A stretch of 64,000 bases of DNA from a virus (IMGVR_UViG_3300046777_002520:96001-160000), one strand, 5' to 3'. Counted from the stretch's first letter, positions 28,410 to 38,084 are shown. Notes: generated by a model from the letters alone, not told the origin. Numbers and translations are program-made.

Positions 28410-29368
28410 TGCTTGTAAACCTCACGCGGGACAATCCGCAACGGCCTCCAGATTGGCGTTGGCTCAAGGCTTCCAAGTACACGGACGCAAACCGTGTCAT
28501 ACCAAGAAGCCACAGAGACAGGCATATCTGGGAGGCCGTTGAGTTTGCGCAGCGGCTGCGGGATCTTCCCACCAACCAGGAGGAAGCCGCTTTTGAGATG
28601 GTCGGACTGTCTGTGGACTTTCCAGAAATCTCACAGGCTTACGACATCTACGACAACACGGGACCAAACGGATTCAGATGGGAGCTGGAAGCAAGAATAC
28701 TGGCTAATGAGTCGTTTGAGGAGATATCCAAGAAGTCCAGTACTTCTGTAGCTGTTCTGGAAACATACGAGAACCTGTTCTTTAACGTATTGGATCGGCT
28801 TGAAGCTTGGACATGGGTTCTTAACTGCGTCATAGGTCGGTCAGTACACGCTGGTATGACCGAAAGAGACTATGACCTTCTATGGAAGTTGTATGGCTAC
28901 GTAGGTGGTCCTTTCTTTGTAGACATTCTGACTAACAAGACAGGTATGCACGAGAAAGTCAAACCTAAATCAATACAAGAAGCCCTTAATATGATGCGCG
29001 ATTCTACTGAAACTAACGCTACTGTTGTGGCAGCAAAAGGGTTTACTCTTACTCCTGTCAACAGTTTTACTATTGCTGGTTTAATTGCAATAGAGCAAAA
29101 CTATAGACAGATAACCAAGGAGTCTGCTGGTATCTCTGCTGCTCAGAATTGGCTGCAGCTGGCTGGCTCTGTTATGTCGCGTTTGCCACACTGTTCTGGA
29201 AATGATAAGATAAACCAACCTGTGTTGAATGCGCTAAGAGAAAAGTATGACAATACACCTGCTGAGTTGAGAGCACACGAAGCTATCTTAGTGGCTAATG
29301 GAGAAACGCTACAAGGTATTGAAAACGAAAGGCTACCAGAGCCAGAGGCTAAAGATGGCAATGAGTAG
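28409..29368 (+). CDS. Hypothetical protein (319 aa)
   Basis: TGATG coupling; long ORF. Confidence 0.8.
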   Translation: MLVNLTRDNPQRPPDWRWLKASKYTDANRVIPRSHRDRHIWEAVEFAQRLRDLPTNQEEAAFEMVGLSVDFPEISQAYDIYDNTGPNGFRWELEARILANESFEEISKKSSTSVAVLETYENLFFNVLDRLEAWTWVLNCVIGRSVHAGMTERDYDLLWKLYGYVGGPFFVDILTNKTGMHEKVKPKSIQEALNMMRDSTETNATVVAAKGFTLTPVNSFTIAGLIAIEQNYRQITKESAGISAAQNWLQLAGSVMSRLPHCSGNDKINQPVLNALREKYDNTPAELRAHEAILVANGETLQGIENERLPEPEAKDGNE

Positions 29369-30761
29369 GTTGAGCAAACAAGCCGAGCAGCGTCTGACCG
29401 AGGCCCTTGAGAAAGTGGCCACGTTGGTGTCTGAGGGAGAACATCCCAACGATGCCATTGTCAAAGTCGCCAGCGACGGTGGCATTCCAGCAGGTCACGT
29501 CAACCTGATGGTCACGGCCTTCAACACGGGCCGCACTGAGACGCAGCGCAAGATCGGCCAGGACATCTTCGAGAAGTCTGCCGAGTTTGATCTCGCTGAC
29601 GCCGAAGAGATCCTCAACCGAATGTACCCCAAGGAAGTGAAGTCGGCAGCCGCAGCACGGCTGTCGTCTGTCGTTTCCGAGGAGTATGCAGCGCCGCCCA
29701 CGTGGCATCGCGACAGCATCAAGAAGGCCACCTTCAACCAGGAGCTGCCTCCCCTGACCACCAGGGCTGGCACCGTGGTCAAGAGCGTGGAGCCTCTGCC
29801 TGCCGATCCCGTGCTGGCGATGAAGAAGGCCCACTGCCAGGCAGCCGACACCCGTCGCGAGCTGGAGAACCGCCGCGCCGAGGTCTCCAACCTGCAGGAC
29901 AACCTGATCAGCTCGATCACCAAGCTGGCCGAGTACTTCCGTCAGCCTGGCTGCGAGCCGTACCTGGGCGTGAAGGGCAACATGGTGCGCCTGTTCGACA
30001 AGAAGGCGTCCGCTCTGTTCAAGATGCTGGAAACCCGCAATCCCAGGCTGATCAAGCAGGCTGGCGACGGCAGCGAGTTCTACTCGCTGGTCAACTTCCA
30101 GAAGGAGCCGTACGCTCTGGTGCGCAAGTGCCTGACCGAGGCCGAGGTCCTGGTCGAGAAGCAGGCCTCCTTCAACGAGTTCGAGAAGCAGGCCAAGGCG
30201 CAGATCGAGGAAAAGCTGCTCCCTTTTGCCCAAAGCCAGGACCCATCAAGAACACCTGGGGTCCTGGCGTCTGTTGAGAAGACCGCAGCCGATCTGTTCG
30301 GCCTGGCTTCTCCGTTCAGCGCCTCCAGCACCATGCTGGGCTTTGACTCGGCTGCCGACAGGCTCAACAAGGCCATCGGTGCCGAGATTGCCGAATCCCA
30401 GCTTGGGACCAAGCAGAAAGCTCTTGGCAAGGTCATGAGCGAGCTGGAAGACCCCAAGCACATCGGCAAGCTGCGCAATCTGCAGGCTTCGTCGCTGCTG
30501 ACAGGGCTTATGGCCAACGATGACGTCATCAGCGGTTACGACCCTGAGGAAGTCATGGGCCACTACAACGAGCTGAGCCAGATCGCTCCGCGAGCCGCCC
30601 TGCATGAGGGCATCATGCGCGCCATGCTGCGACGCAGGCTGGCTGGCGGCAGCAGCGCCATTGATCCGTACGAGATCGGTGAGGTTCTCAAGTTCGAGAA
30701 CCAGCTCAAGGAGCGCGACACCGATCCTTACAAGAAGAAATCCCCTCCTGGCGTCATCTGA
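29355..30761 (+). CDS. Helical head-module protein, dense in K-x-A motifs
   Basis: ATG 29355 (track start 29298 is TTG); KQAE, KVAS, KSAE, KSAA, KQAG, KQAS, KTAA. Confidence 0.85.
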   Translation: MAMSRLSKQAEQRLTEALEKVATLVSEGEHPNDAIVKVASDGGIPAGHVNLMVTAFNTGRTETQRKIGQDIFEKSAEFDLADAEEILNRMYPKEVKSAAAARLSSVVSEEYAAPPTWHRDSIKKATFNQELPPLTTRAGTVVKSVEPLPADPVLAMKKAHCQAADTRRELENRRAEVSNLQDNLISSITKLAEYFRQPGCEPYLGVKGNMVRLFDKKASALFKMLETRNPRLIKQAGDGSEFYSLVNFQKEPYALVRKCLTEAEVLVEKQASFNEFEKQAKAQIEEKLLPFAQSQDPSRTPGVLASVEKTAADLFGLASPFSASSTMLGFDSAADRLNKAIGAEIAESQLGTKQKALGKVMSELEDPKHIGKLRNLQASSLLTGLMANDDVISGYDPEEVMGHYNELSQIAPRAALHEGIMRAMLRRRLAGGSSAIDPYEIGEVLKFENQLKERDTDPYKKKSPPGVI

Positions 30762-30773
30762 GTAGGAGCTGTC

Positions 30774-32321
30774 ATGGACCTCGAAAAAGTTGCTTCCGAA
30801 CTGGCTCAAAAGGCTGTTGCCGTCCGTAACTCTGACACGCGACTGGCTCCTGGCGAATACCCAGCCTGGGCCTCTGAGTTCAAAAAGCTGGCCGAGGAGC
30901 ACTACGCCGAGCTCGGCCTGGCCAAGGAAGCAGCTGGCGAGGACTACAACCCGTACAGCCGCTACGACCAGGCTGTGCAGGGCAATGAGGTCCTGTCCAA
31001 CCCTCTGGTGCGCAACGCGCTGGTGACTGGCGGTCTTGGCGCGGGTGTCGGCGCTCTGGGCTCGCTGGCGTCTAATCTCCTGTCCAAAAAGAGGAAAAAG
31101 CGCTATCTGTCTGACGCTCTGTCGGCTGGCCTGATGGGCGGCTTGGCAGGCGGTGTGGGTGGCGCTGGTTACACAGCTTTGACCGACAACAAGGCCACCA
31201 ACGATCTTGTCGGGCAGGTCAGCAAGGCTTTGGGTGGCACCAAGCCGCCTCCAGCCAACCGTAACGCTGCTCTGGAAGGCGAGAGAGCCGCCATCGAAGA
31301 CAAGACCATGGGTCAACTTAACCCAGCGCTTGCTAAGGCTCAAACATTCGGCAATATGGCAGCCGCAGGCGTGGGCCTCAAAAAGCCTGTGACTGCTTTG
31401 GGTAAAGGATTGGCAACTGGTCAATTCACCACGACGGCTGACACAGCCAAAATGCTCAGCCACGCTGAGCAGCAGCTGAACGCTTTCAGAGACTCGCTGG
31501 CTGATAGCAGCAAAAAAGGTTTGCCGACAGGCAACAGGCAAGCGATATTCAATGACTTTTTGAAAGAACACAATCTTGTTGATACCAATGGCGTTATCAA
31601 GGTCAAAGACCCCAGACACCTGTCAGCTGCGCTGCAGGATCTTAAAAATCTAAACTCAAGAACAGAGGCACCGCCAACGCCTATACCCCCTGCAGCACCA
31701 AGCGCCTCAGGCAGAAGACTAAGTAAACCAATCGACACCAATACTTTGCTGCACAATATCATGGGGACAAACGCTTCCCCCACTTCGGCTACCCTGACCA
31801 CAGGAGCTAGTCCTGGTGTTCTGCAGTCGTTCAGCAACCCTGAGCTGGCTGCACGCAGACTCAACGCTATGACTAGAGGCGGTGCCTTGAGCGCCGCTGA
31901 AGCGGCTAATTTTATAAACCAAGGCTATGCAAAGCCTTCTCCTGCACTCGTTTCATTGTCCAACAACCCTCCTGGCGCTAAAAGCTACAGATTTTATGAT
32001 GGCAAGGGATTGGCCAGAGCCGCTTTGCCTTCCGTCAAAGGCTCGGTAGGTGCCGCAGGTCTGGCGTTGGCTAGCAACTACGGCCTGCCGTATCTCAACA
32101 ACAACCCAGAAGCCAGAACCGAGAACACCCAGAGCTTCCTCGACAAGCTGCGTCAGGACATGGCTACAGCCAAGTCTCCAGAGATCGCTGGCAGCAGAGA
32201 GCAGATCCTCAAATCTCTGGACGAACTGCGCAGCGGTCTGGGTAGCGACCTCGAAAGGACCGACGTCCGCGACCTCTTCGACAAGCTTAACGACATTGTG
32301 CCCCAGAGGAGTCAGAACTAA
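30774..32321 (+). CDS. Glycine-zipper protein with variable C-terminal region
   Basis: EKVAS and KEAA leader, then NALVTGGLGAGVGALG...KKRKKR...GLMGGLAGGVGG. Confidence 0.8.
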   Translation: MDLEKVASELAQKAVAVRNSDTRLAPGEYPAWASEFKKLAEEHYAELGLAKEAAGEDYNPYSRYDQAVQGNEVLSNPLVRNALVTGGLGAGVGALGSLASNLLSKKRKKRYLSDALSAGLMGGLAGGVGGAGYTALTDNKATNDLVGQVSKALGGTKPPPANRNAALEGERAAIEDKTMGQLNPALAKAQTFGNMAAAGVGLKKPVTALGKGLATGQFTTTADTAKMLSHAEQQLNAFRDSLADSSKKGLPTGNRQAIFNDFLKEHNLVDTNGVIKVKDPRHLSAALQDLKNLNSRTEAPPTPIPPAAPSASGRRLSKPIDTNTLLHNIMGTNASPTSATLTTGASPGVLQSFSNPELAARRLNAMTRGGALSAAEAANFINQGYAKPSPALVSLSNNPPGAKSYRFYDGKGLARAALPSVKGSVGAAGLALASNYGLPYLNNNPEARTENTQSFLDKLRQDMATAKSPEIAGSREQILKSLDELRSGLGSDLERTDVRDLFDKLNDIVPQRSQN

Positions 32322-33781
32322 TGATCAAGATCATCTCTCCCGACTCCCAGACCTTCGACGTTCCGACCATGGAAATGGTCAAGATGTCGAACCGAGGTCT
32401 GCGTGGCGACGACCTGCGCTCCTTTGTGAAAAGGGCTGGCCATGAATTCGCTGACAAGCTCCGCGATGTGCATGTTGCGCCAGGTGAGCAGCTTGTTCAC
32501 CTTATCGCTATCGGTTCTACTGAAGCTTACGGTCCTAACCGTAACGGAGATGGTTTCAAGTCTGCGACTTGTAGAAAGTACCATCCAACATTTGTTAAGC
32601 ACGCCAGATGGTACCGAAACCACCAGAACAAGGATGAGTCCAAGAGCTACGGCATCATCAAGATGTCGGCGTTTAACGAGGCGATGAAGCGCATCGAGCT
32701 GCTTGTCGCCTTGAATGGCACCAAGGAAGCTGCAGACCGTAATGGCGGTTTGATAGCTGACAAAGAGATGCAGAAGATTGCATCTGGCTCTGGAGACTGG
32801 GGTGTCTCCATGGCGTGTAGGGTTCCTTTCGACGTATGCTCTGGCTGTGGCAATAAAGCGCCCAGTAGAGCTCAGTACTGCAAGGAAGCTAGCTGCAAGT
32901 ATGGTGGCTGCTACAACAACCTGACCAAGGTCGCTGAAGATGGCCACGTTCTACACGTCGATAATCCTGAGCCTACTTGGTTTGATATTTCTGACGTATA
33001 TAGACCAGCCGACAGAATAGCTTACGTCTTCGGCCACATGAAAGCAGCCAGCCACGGTGGCGTGGGTGGCGCGCTGCTGGCTGAGGAGCTGGGCGTCACG
33101 GCTCCCTACCGTCTGAACCTCGACTCTTTCGACGACAGGTCGATGCAGCTGATCAAGCTGGCTTACGAGCTGGCCGAGCTGGAGAACGATCTGGAGTCTG
33201 GCAGAATGGGCACCTCCCTGAAGGATGCCGTCATTCTTAACGATAAGACTGCCAGCCTGAAGGACATTCCCACGGGACGACTCACCACGCTGCAGATCTG
33301 GCGTGCGCTGAGCCGTGAGAAAGTGGCCCTGAGCGTCAAGGACTGGCTCGATGTCATCAGCCAGGACACCGACAATCTGGCCATCAAGAGCGCTTCCGCA
33401 GCAGAGATCAGCAGAGCTCTGCCAGGAGTGTTCAGCAGGCTTGTGGCTGACAACGTCAACCTTGAGCACTGCATCAGCGAGCGTACTTGTGATCCTTCCA
33501 TGGCTTTTCCTGGAGAGCGTGTTCAGGAATGGGCTACGAAGATAGCCAGTGCGAAATCGATTAACCCTAATCACTTCGAGAGAAGGGTTATGAGGCAAGC
33601 TGTAACTGGTTCGGAGAAGCGTGCTAGCTTTTCTGACAGCAAGGTCGCTGTTAGCGCCGAAGCTGAGCAGTTAGCTAGACGCTATGGTACTTATCAGTTA
33701 TATTTCCTAAACGAACTTAGGAATGATTCGAATTTCGGCTGGTATAAGGAGCACGCTGTTCGTTCCAATTACTTAGCTTGA
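32321..33781 (+). CDS. Prohead (maturation) protease with Zn-finger insert
   Basis: PNRNGDGF, candidate His RNHQN, candidate Ser VSMAC, and CSGC...YC...C; lies immediately upstream of scaffold/decoration/MCP. Confidence 0.7.
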   Translation: MIKIISPDSQTFDVPTMEMVKMSNRGLRGDDLRSFVKRAGHEFADKLRDVHVAPGEQLVHLIAIGSTEAYGPNRNGDGFKSATCRKYHPTFVKHARWYRNHQNKDESKSYGIIKMSAFNEAMKRIELLVALNGTKEAADRNGGLIADKEMQKIASGSGDWGVSMACRVPFDVCSGCGNKAPSRAQYCKEASCKYGGCYNNLTKVAEDGHVLHVDNPEPTWFDISDVYRPADRIAYVFGHMKAASHGGVGGALLAEELGVTAPYRLNLDSFDDRSMQLIKLAYELAELENDLESGRMGTSLKDAVILNDKTASLKDIPTGRLTTLQIWRALSREKVALSVKDWLDVISQDTDNLAIKSASAAEISRALPGVFSRLVADNVNLEHCISERTCDPSMAFPGERVQEWATKIASAKSINPNHFERRVMRQAVTGSEKRASFSDSKVAVSAEAEQLARRYGTYQLYFLNELRNDSNFGWYKEHAVRSNYLA

Positions 33782-33783
33782 AA

Positions 33784-33806
33784 TCCGCAAAAATTACTCT
33801 TGCGGA
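33784..33806. promoter_or_regulatory. Intergenic hairpin upstream of the scaffold gene
   Basis: TCCGCAA-aaattactc-TTGCGGA. Confidence 0.35.
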
Positions 33807-33867
33807 CTTGGTGTTCTATAGTGACAATCTAAGTTAGGTGTCTGATACTGACACAAGGAGTTTAATC

Positions 33868-35163
33868 ATGGCGCTATTTGATGAACTGCGTAGCTTTTTG
33901 GCTGAAGTCGAAACTCAGCAGGTTAAAGCTGCTTCCGCAAAGAAGGCTGAGGCTAACACCGAAGCTGGCAGCTATGAGGGTGGCACCAGCCATCCCGTCA
34001 AGTCTGTTGATGATCAGACTTCCGACGCTTCCGAAGGCGAGCGTTCCTCCGAGAACAGCGCCGACGTGAAGTCCCAGGTGCCTGCTGGTGGTGTTGACTC
34101 CAACAACGCCAAGCCACCCGAGCAAGAAGGCCAGCAGTTCGATGTCGGCCTGAAGTCCACCTCGACCGGCGAAGACCCCGCCCACGAGGACGACTACAAG
34201 GGCACAAAGGACGATCCTGGCACGGCTCATCCCGCCAAGACCGAAGACGGCGAGAAGTACAGCTCGATGAACTTCAGCCAGCTGAAGAAGCTGACCGAGA
34301 AGAAGGCCAACGCCATTCTCGCTTCGGTTGCCGTGGCTCTGAACAAGAAGGCCGAGCTGAAAGGCGAACAGCACAAGCTGGACGTTGACGGCGACAAGAA
34401 GATCGAAGGCACTGACCTCGCCAAGCTGCGCAAGGGTCAGACCGCCCACAAGGCTCCCGCCGCTCCTGCTCCCGCCGCCCATAAGATGGACGAGAAGAAG
34501 GCAGCCGCCGTGGGCTACGACCAGGCCGTCCAGGCTGGCGTGCTGTCCCAGGAGGACGCTTCCTCTTTTTTTAAGTCTGCCTCCGAGAACCTGATTCGCG
34601 GTGCTCTCTCGGCGGCATCGGCAACCGGCCAATACCTCACCGCTTTCAACCAGCAGCTTTTGACCAAGGCCGCTGAGGAGAGCGAAGAGCACGAAAGCGA
34701 CGAGCCCGCTGGGCACGAGGAGTCAGAATCTCCCGCCCAGGAATCTGCTGAGAACTCTGGTGACATCGGTGTGGACGAAGGCGACCTGGCCGCTATGGCT
34801 GGTGAGGCTCCTCCTGCTGGCGGCGCTATGGGTGGAGAGGAAGGGGGCGTTGATGAGCTCCTGGCCGCTCTGGCTGAAATGGGCGTTAGCCCCGACGAGG
34901 TCATGGCTGCTCTGGGCGCTCAGGGCGCTGGTGCAGGTGGTGCTCCCGCTCCCGAAGCGATGGGCGCTGTTCCTGCCGAAGCCCTTGCCGCCGAAGCTCC
35001 CAAGATGGCTTCTGCCGGTGCCAACCAGCAAATTGCCGGTCTGATGAAGGCCGCAAAAGCCCGTGCTCGTAGCGGCAAATTCCAGATTTCTGCCGCGAAG
35101 ACCGCTGGACAGCGCAAGCTTCGCGACGAGATCAAGAAGTGCATCGCTGAAATCGTTGGTTAA
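33868..35163 (+). CDS. Probable capsid scaffolding protein
   Basis: CAAGGAG SD before ATG 33868; acidic, low-complexity, helical C-terminal tip; position between protease and MCP; many K-x-A sites. Confidence 0.7.
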   Translation: MALFDELRSFLAEVETQQVKAASAKKAEANTEAGSYEGGTSHPVKSVDDQTSDASEGERSSENSADVKSQVPAGGVDSNNAKPPEQEGQQFDVGLKSTSTGEDPAHEDDYKGTKDDPGTAHPAKTEDGEKYSSMNFSQLKKLTEKKANAILASVAVALNKKAELKGEQHKLDVDGDKKIEGTDLAKLRKGQTAHKAPAAPAPAAHKMDEKKAAAVGYDQAVQAGVLSQEDASSFFKSASENLIRGALSAASATGQYLTAFNQQLLTKAAEESEEHESDEPAGHEESESPAQESAENSGDIGVDEGDLAAMAGEAPPAGGAMGGEEGGVDELLAALAEMGVSPDEVMAALGAQGAGAGGAPAPEAMGAVPAEALAAEAPKMASAGANQQIAGLMKAAKARARSGKFQISAAKTAGQRKLRDEIKKCIAEIVG

Positions 35164-35183
35164 TCCATAAAGGGAGGCTTGTA

Positions 35184-35567
35184 ATGAGCGACCTGAACGC
35201 TGTTGTTGATTACGTCGAGTGCAGCGCTGCTGCTCTCGACGCTGCCGAGAAGATTATCAAGCAAGCGGAAGATGCCCAGAAGAAGGCTTCTGAGAAGATC
35301 GCCGCTGTGGTTGACGCCCTCATCGCGCATGAGCGTATCGACCCCAAAGACCGCGAAAAGTGCGCGGCTATGCTGAAGGACCCAGTCAAGGTGCTGGAAA
35401 TCCTTGAAAAGACTGCTGACACGAATCGCACGATTCGTCCTCATCAGCTTGGTAAAGCCGTTCAGGAGAAGAAGGCCTCAGCTTCCTCTCCCTACGTTGG
35501 CTTGCGTTCTTCCCAGGCGCGTGCCAGTGATCTGCGGTTTGACGAGGTCCTGGGTATTAACGGTTGA
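35184..35567 (+). CDS. Small helical head protein
   Basis: GGGAGG SD; KQAE, KKAS, EKKAS. Confidence 0.75.
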   Translation: MSDLNAVVDYVECSAAALDAAEKIIKQAEDAQKKASEKIAAVVDALIAHERIDPKDREKCAAMLKDPVKVLEILEKTADTNRTIRPHQLGKAVQEKKASASSPYVGLRSSQARASDLRFDEVLGING

Positions 35568-35604
35568 TTCTAAAGTGCCCCATAAGGCATAGGAGGTTCT
35601 TTCC

Positions 35605-36153
35605 ATGGCTCAGATGTTTGATCATACCCTGGACGCTGTCAAGGGTTGGTTCCACATGGCTGCGCTTGACTTCACCGCCAAGCTCAGCGACACCGAAACC
35701 GTCACCGCTTACGCCGGTCGCGTCGTTCACCTGAACAACGACGGCGAGTTCGAGCTGGGTTGCAAAGGCAGTCAGATGCCTATCTTCCTGCTGCAGAACG
35801 AAGGCGACTCGGACGTCAGCAACAACGGCGGTACCACCTGGTATCCCATCGGACCTGACGGCAACCTGACCGGATTGGTCGGCAAAGGTGCTTACGAACT
35901 CGAAACCACCGAGTACGACAGCGCCAGCGGTACCGACTACGTCCCCAACCAGCTCCTGAAGGCCATCAACACCGATGATGACGCCGACAAGGGTAAGCTG
36001 ACCAACACAGGAATCAGCACCTTGGAGAACGGTGGTTCTAACCCCACCGCCATCGTAGGCGTTGTGAGCCGCGCTCCCCGTAAGCGACAGAGCGACCGCA
36101 ACACCGTGTTGTCGTTCTGGCCAGTTTACAAGCCAGGCAAGACTGGTTACTAA
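35605..36153 (+). CDS. Head decoration (cement) protein
   Basis: AGGAGG SD; AGRVVHL...G...YELET...GKLT...IVGVVS pattern; directly upstream of the MCP. Confidence 0.7.
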   Translation: MAQMFDHTLDAVKGWFHMAALDFTAKLSDTETVTAYAGRVVHLNNDGEFELGCKGSQMPIFLLQNEGDSDVSNNGGTTWYPIGPDGNLTGLVGKGAYELETTEYDSASGTDYVPNQLLKAINTDDDADKGKLTNTGISTLENGGSNPTAIVGVVSRAPRKRQSDRNTVLSFWPVYKPGKTGY

Positions 36154-36187
36154 TCTTAACCCAACGCCACTAAGGAGGTAATTTACC

Positions 36188-37120
36188 ATGGCATCGGTTA
36201 ATGATGATGTCAGGCTGCGCAACGAGACCTTTATTTCTTACCTGGAAACTCCGGGTATGGAGAAGCGCGCCCTGGACGCCGTGAATGACTTCACACGCTA
36301 TCGTATGCGTGAAGAGGGTTTCTATCGTCGCATTCTGCCGCCCGTGCAGATCAGCAACGATGACCTCGACCGTCAGGTTGACACCGACAAGCCGGTGAAG
36401 ATCGTTGACCGCGAACCGGATTCCCCGGCCGCGATCAGCATCCCCTTCGCCACGCTGCCGCTCAGCCTGTACATCCGTGGCCAGCGCTACCGCGTTAGCT
36501 TCGACCGCATCGTCACTCCTCGCTTCACCAAGGACGTTGACGAACTGCGCACCTACTACATCGACATCCGTCAGGTGCTGTCGGACAACTCGATCAAGGA
36601 CATGCTGGCTGAAGAAGACCGCAAGTTCTTGGCCGCTGTTGACGCTGGCCTGGGTGGCTCGGCTGACGCCGTCAACCCGACCTCCGGTGTCGTCCAGTGG
36701 GAGACCCTGTACGGCGGTATCACCCGTGATACCCTCCAGGACGCTTTCAAGATTCTGCCCCGCACCATCAGCCGCCTCGAAACCGGCACCGTGTTGCTGA
36801 ACAACCTCACGATCCGCGAGATCATGAAGTTTGGCCGCGAAGAGATGGGTGGCGACTTCAGCCAGGACGTTTTCAAGAACGGCTGGTCTGAGCAGAACTT
36901 CATGAACGCCAACTGGATCATCACCATCAAGCAGGACCTGGTGCCTAACGACTCCATGTACCTGTTCGCTGATCCCAAGTTCATGGGCAAGTCCTACGTC
37001 CTCGAAGACACCACAATGTACATCGAGCGTAAGGCTTACATGCTTGAATTCTTTGCCTACGAGACCCTGGGTGGAGCCATCGGCAACACCAACTCGCTGG
37101 CAAGAGTTGACTTTGCTTGA
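36188..37120 (+). CDS. Major capsid protein (HK97 fold)
   Basis: TAAGGAGGT SD, very strong codon bias, 310 aa, DIRQVLSDNSIKDMLAEEDRKF spine-helix pattern, downstream GNRA hairpin. Confidence 0.85.
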   Translation: MASVNDDVRLRNETFISYLETPGMEKRALDAVNDFTRYRMREEGFYRRILPPVQISNDDLDRQVDTDKPVKIVDREPDSPAAISIPFATLPLSLYIRGQRYRVSFDRIVTPRFTKDVDELRTYYIDIRQVLSDNSIKDMLAEEDRKFLAAVDAGLGGSADAVNPTSGVVQWETLYGGITRDTLQDAFKILPRTISRLETGTVLLNNLTIREIMKFGREEMGGDFSQDVFKNGWSEQNFMNANWIITIKQDLVPNDSMYLFADPKFMGKSYVLEDTTMYIERKAYMLEFFAYETLGGAIGNTNSLARVDFA

Positions 37121-37133
37121 TAACGGTTAGTTG

Positions 37134-37160
37134 AAGCGGCCTCGGCAACGGGGCCGCTTT
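37134..37160 (+). terminator. GCAA-loop hairpin after the MCP (weak terminator or mRNA stabiliser)
   Basis: AAGCGGCCTCG-GCAA-CGGGGCCGCTT with a short T tract. Confidence 0.65.
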
Positions 37161-37185
37161 GACAACCCCTTTTAAGGAGCTTTCG

Positions 37186-37587
37186 ATGTCTGAGCAAATC
37201 ACACCAGAAGCAGCCCATGGATTCCTGATGCAGGAAGTCTATGTGCCCGTCTTCTTGGAAAAGCTGGCCAACGACTTCGGCATCGTTCCCCAGAACGAGC
37301 AAGAAGTTGAGAACCTGCTCAAGATTGCCAGCCACTTGACCGCCCTGCAAGAGCAAGAGCAAGTCAAGCAGGCTTCTTCTCGAAGCACCTTGATCAGCGC
37401 CGCTACCGACAGCCTGGAAAATGTGATGGGTCAACTTGGCTACGCCAGCCCCGCCGCAGAAAAGCAGGCCGCTCAGGAAGAAAGCTTGATCAAAGCCGCC
37501 TCCGAGAACCTGGCAATCAATCCTTCCATCCAAGCCGCCTTCGCTGTCTACCACGACGCGCTGGCTCAACAACTGGCCAATTCCTAA
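37186..37587 (+). CDS. Small helical head protein (133 aa)
   Basis: TAAGGAG SD before ATG 37186; five K-x-A sites. Confidence 0.8.
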   Translation: MSEQITPEAAHGFLMQEVYVPVFLEKLANDFGIVPQNEQEVENLLKIASHLTALQEQEQVKQASSRSTLISAATDSLENVMGQLGYASPAAEKQAAQEESLIKAASENLAINPSIQAAFAVYHDALAQQLANS

Positions 37588-37599
37588 TCGGAGGTAATC

Positions 37600-37938
37600 A
37601 TGGCTGATAGCAATTGCCTTCAAACGAAGGTGCGCAACATGAGTGGGAAGGAGGCCTTTTTCGGCTTTCTGCCTCCCCATGGCAAGCGTCTCGCTTCGGG
37701 CGAAGAATACACTTTCTTTGGTTCTCCTGAGGCCCTGTTGGCTTCTGTGACCAAGAAGCGCCAGCGCACTGCCCTGCAGAACGCTCTGGTCAGCGGCAAA
37801 GTCGTGATCGTCTCGACTCCCGCAGTCCACGCTTACGACGCCACCCTCGACGTCACCAAGACCCTTGGTGTCACGAACGGCAGCGTCACGGCTTCCGATC
37901 CCTGCTGGGGCCAATACTCCAGCTCCATCGGCAGCTAA
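37600..37938 (+). CDS. Probable minor head protein (112 aa)
   Basis: GGAGGT SD; last gene of the head operon. Confidence 0.75.
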   Translation: MADSNCLQTKVRNMSGKEAFFGFLPPHGKRLASGEEYTFFGSPEALLASVTKKRQRTALQNALVSGKVVIVSTPAVHAYDATLDVTKTLGVTNGSVTASDPCWGQYSSSIGS

Positions 37939-37963
37939 GCTGACGGCTAAAAAAAATTCAGAG

Positions 37964-37991
37964 AGCCCACCCTTTGCAGGGTGGGCTTTTT
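37964..37991. terminator. Bidirectional intrinsic terminator
   Basis: AGCCCACCCT-ttgc-AGGGTGGGCT followed by T tract; A8 tract upstream at 37949-37956. Confidence 0.85.
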
Positions 37992-38027
37992 GCTTAATTG
38001 ACGCAAAATAACAGGCATAATCAGATG
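37992..38027 (+). promoter_or_regulatory. Cassette promoter copy 1
   Basis: GCTTAATT-N16-CATAATCAGATG; same spacing in copies 2 and 3. Confidence 0.65.
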
Positions 38028-38084
38028 ACCGATATATAGCTGTGACAGGAGTTGCAGGTGTATCGGAAATTGAAGGAGATAGTC

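Noticed and set aside
25500-30761. Portal or terminase assignment
   Set aside because: No Walker A/B plus nuclease motifs or portal signature could be recognised; left unassigned.
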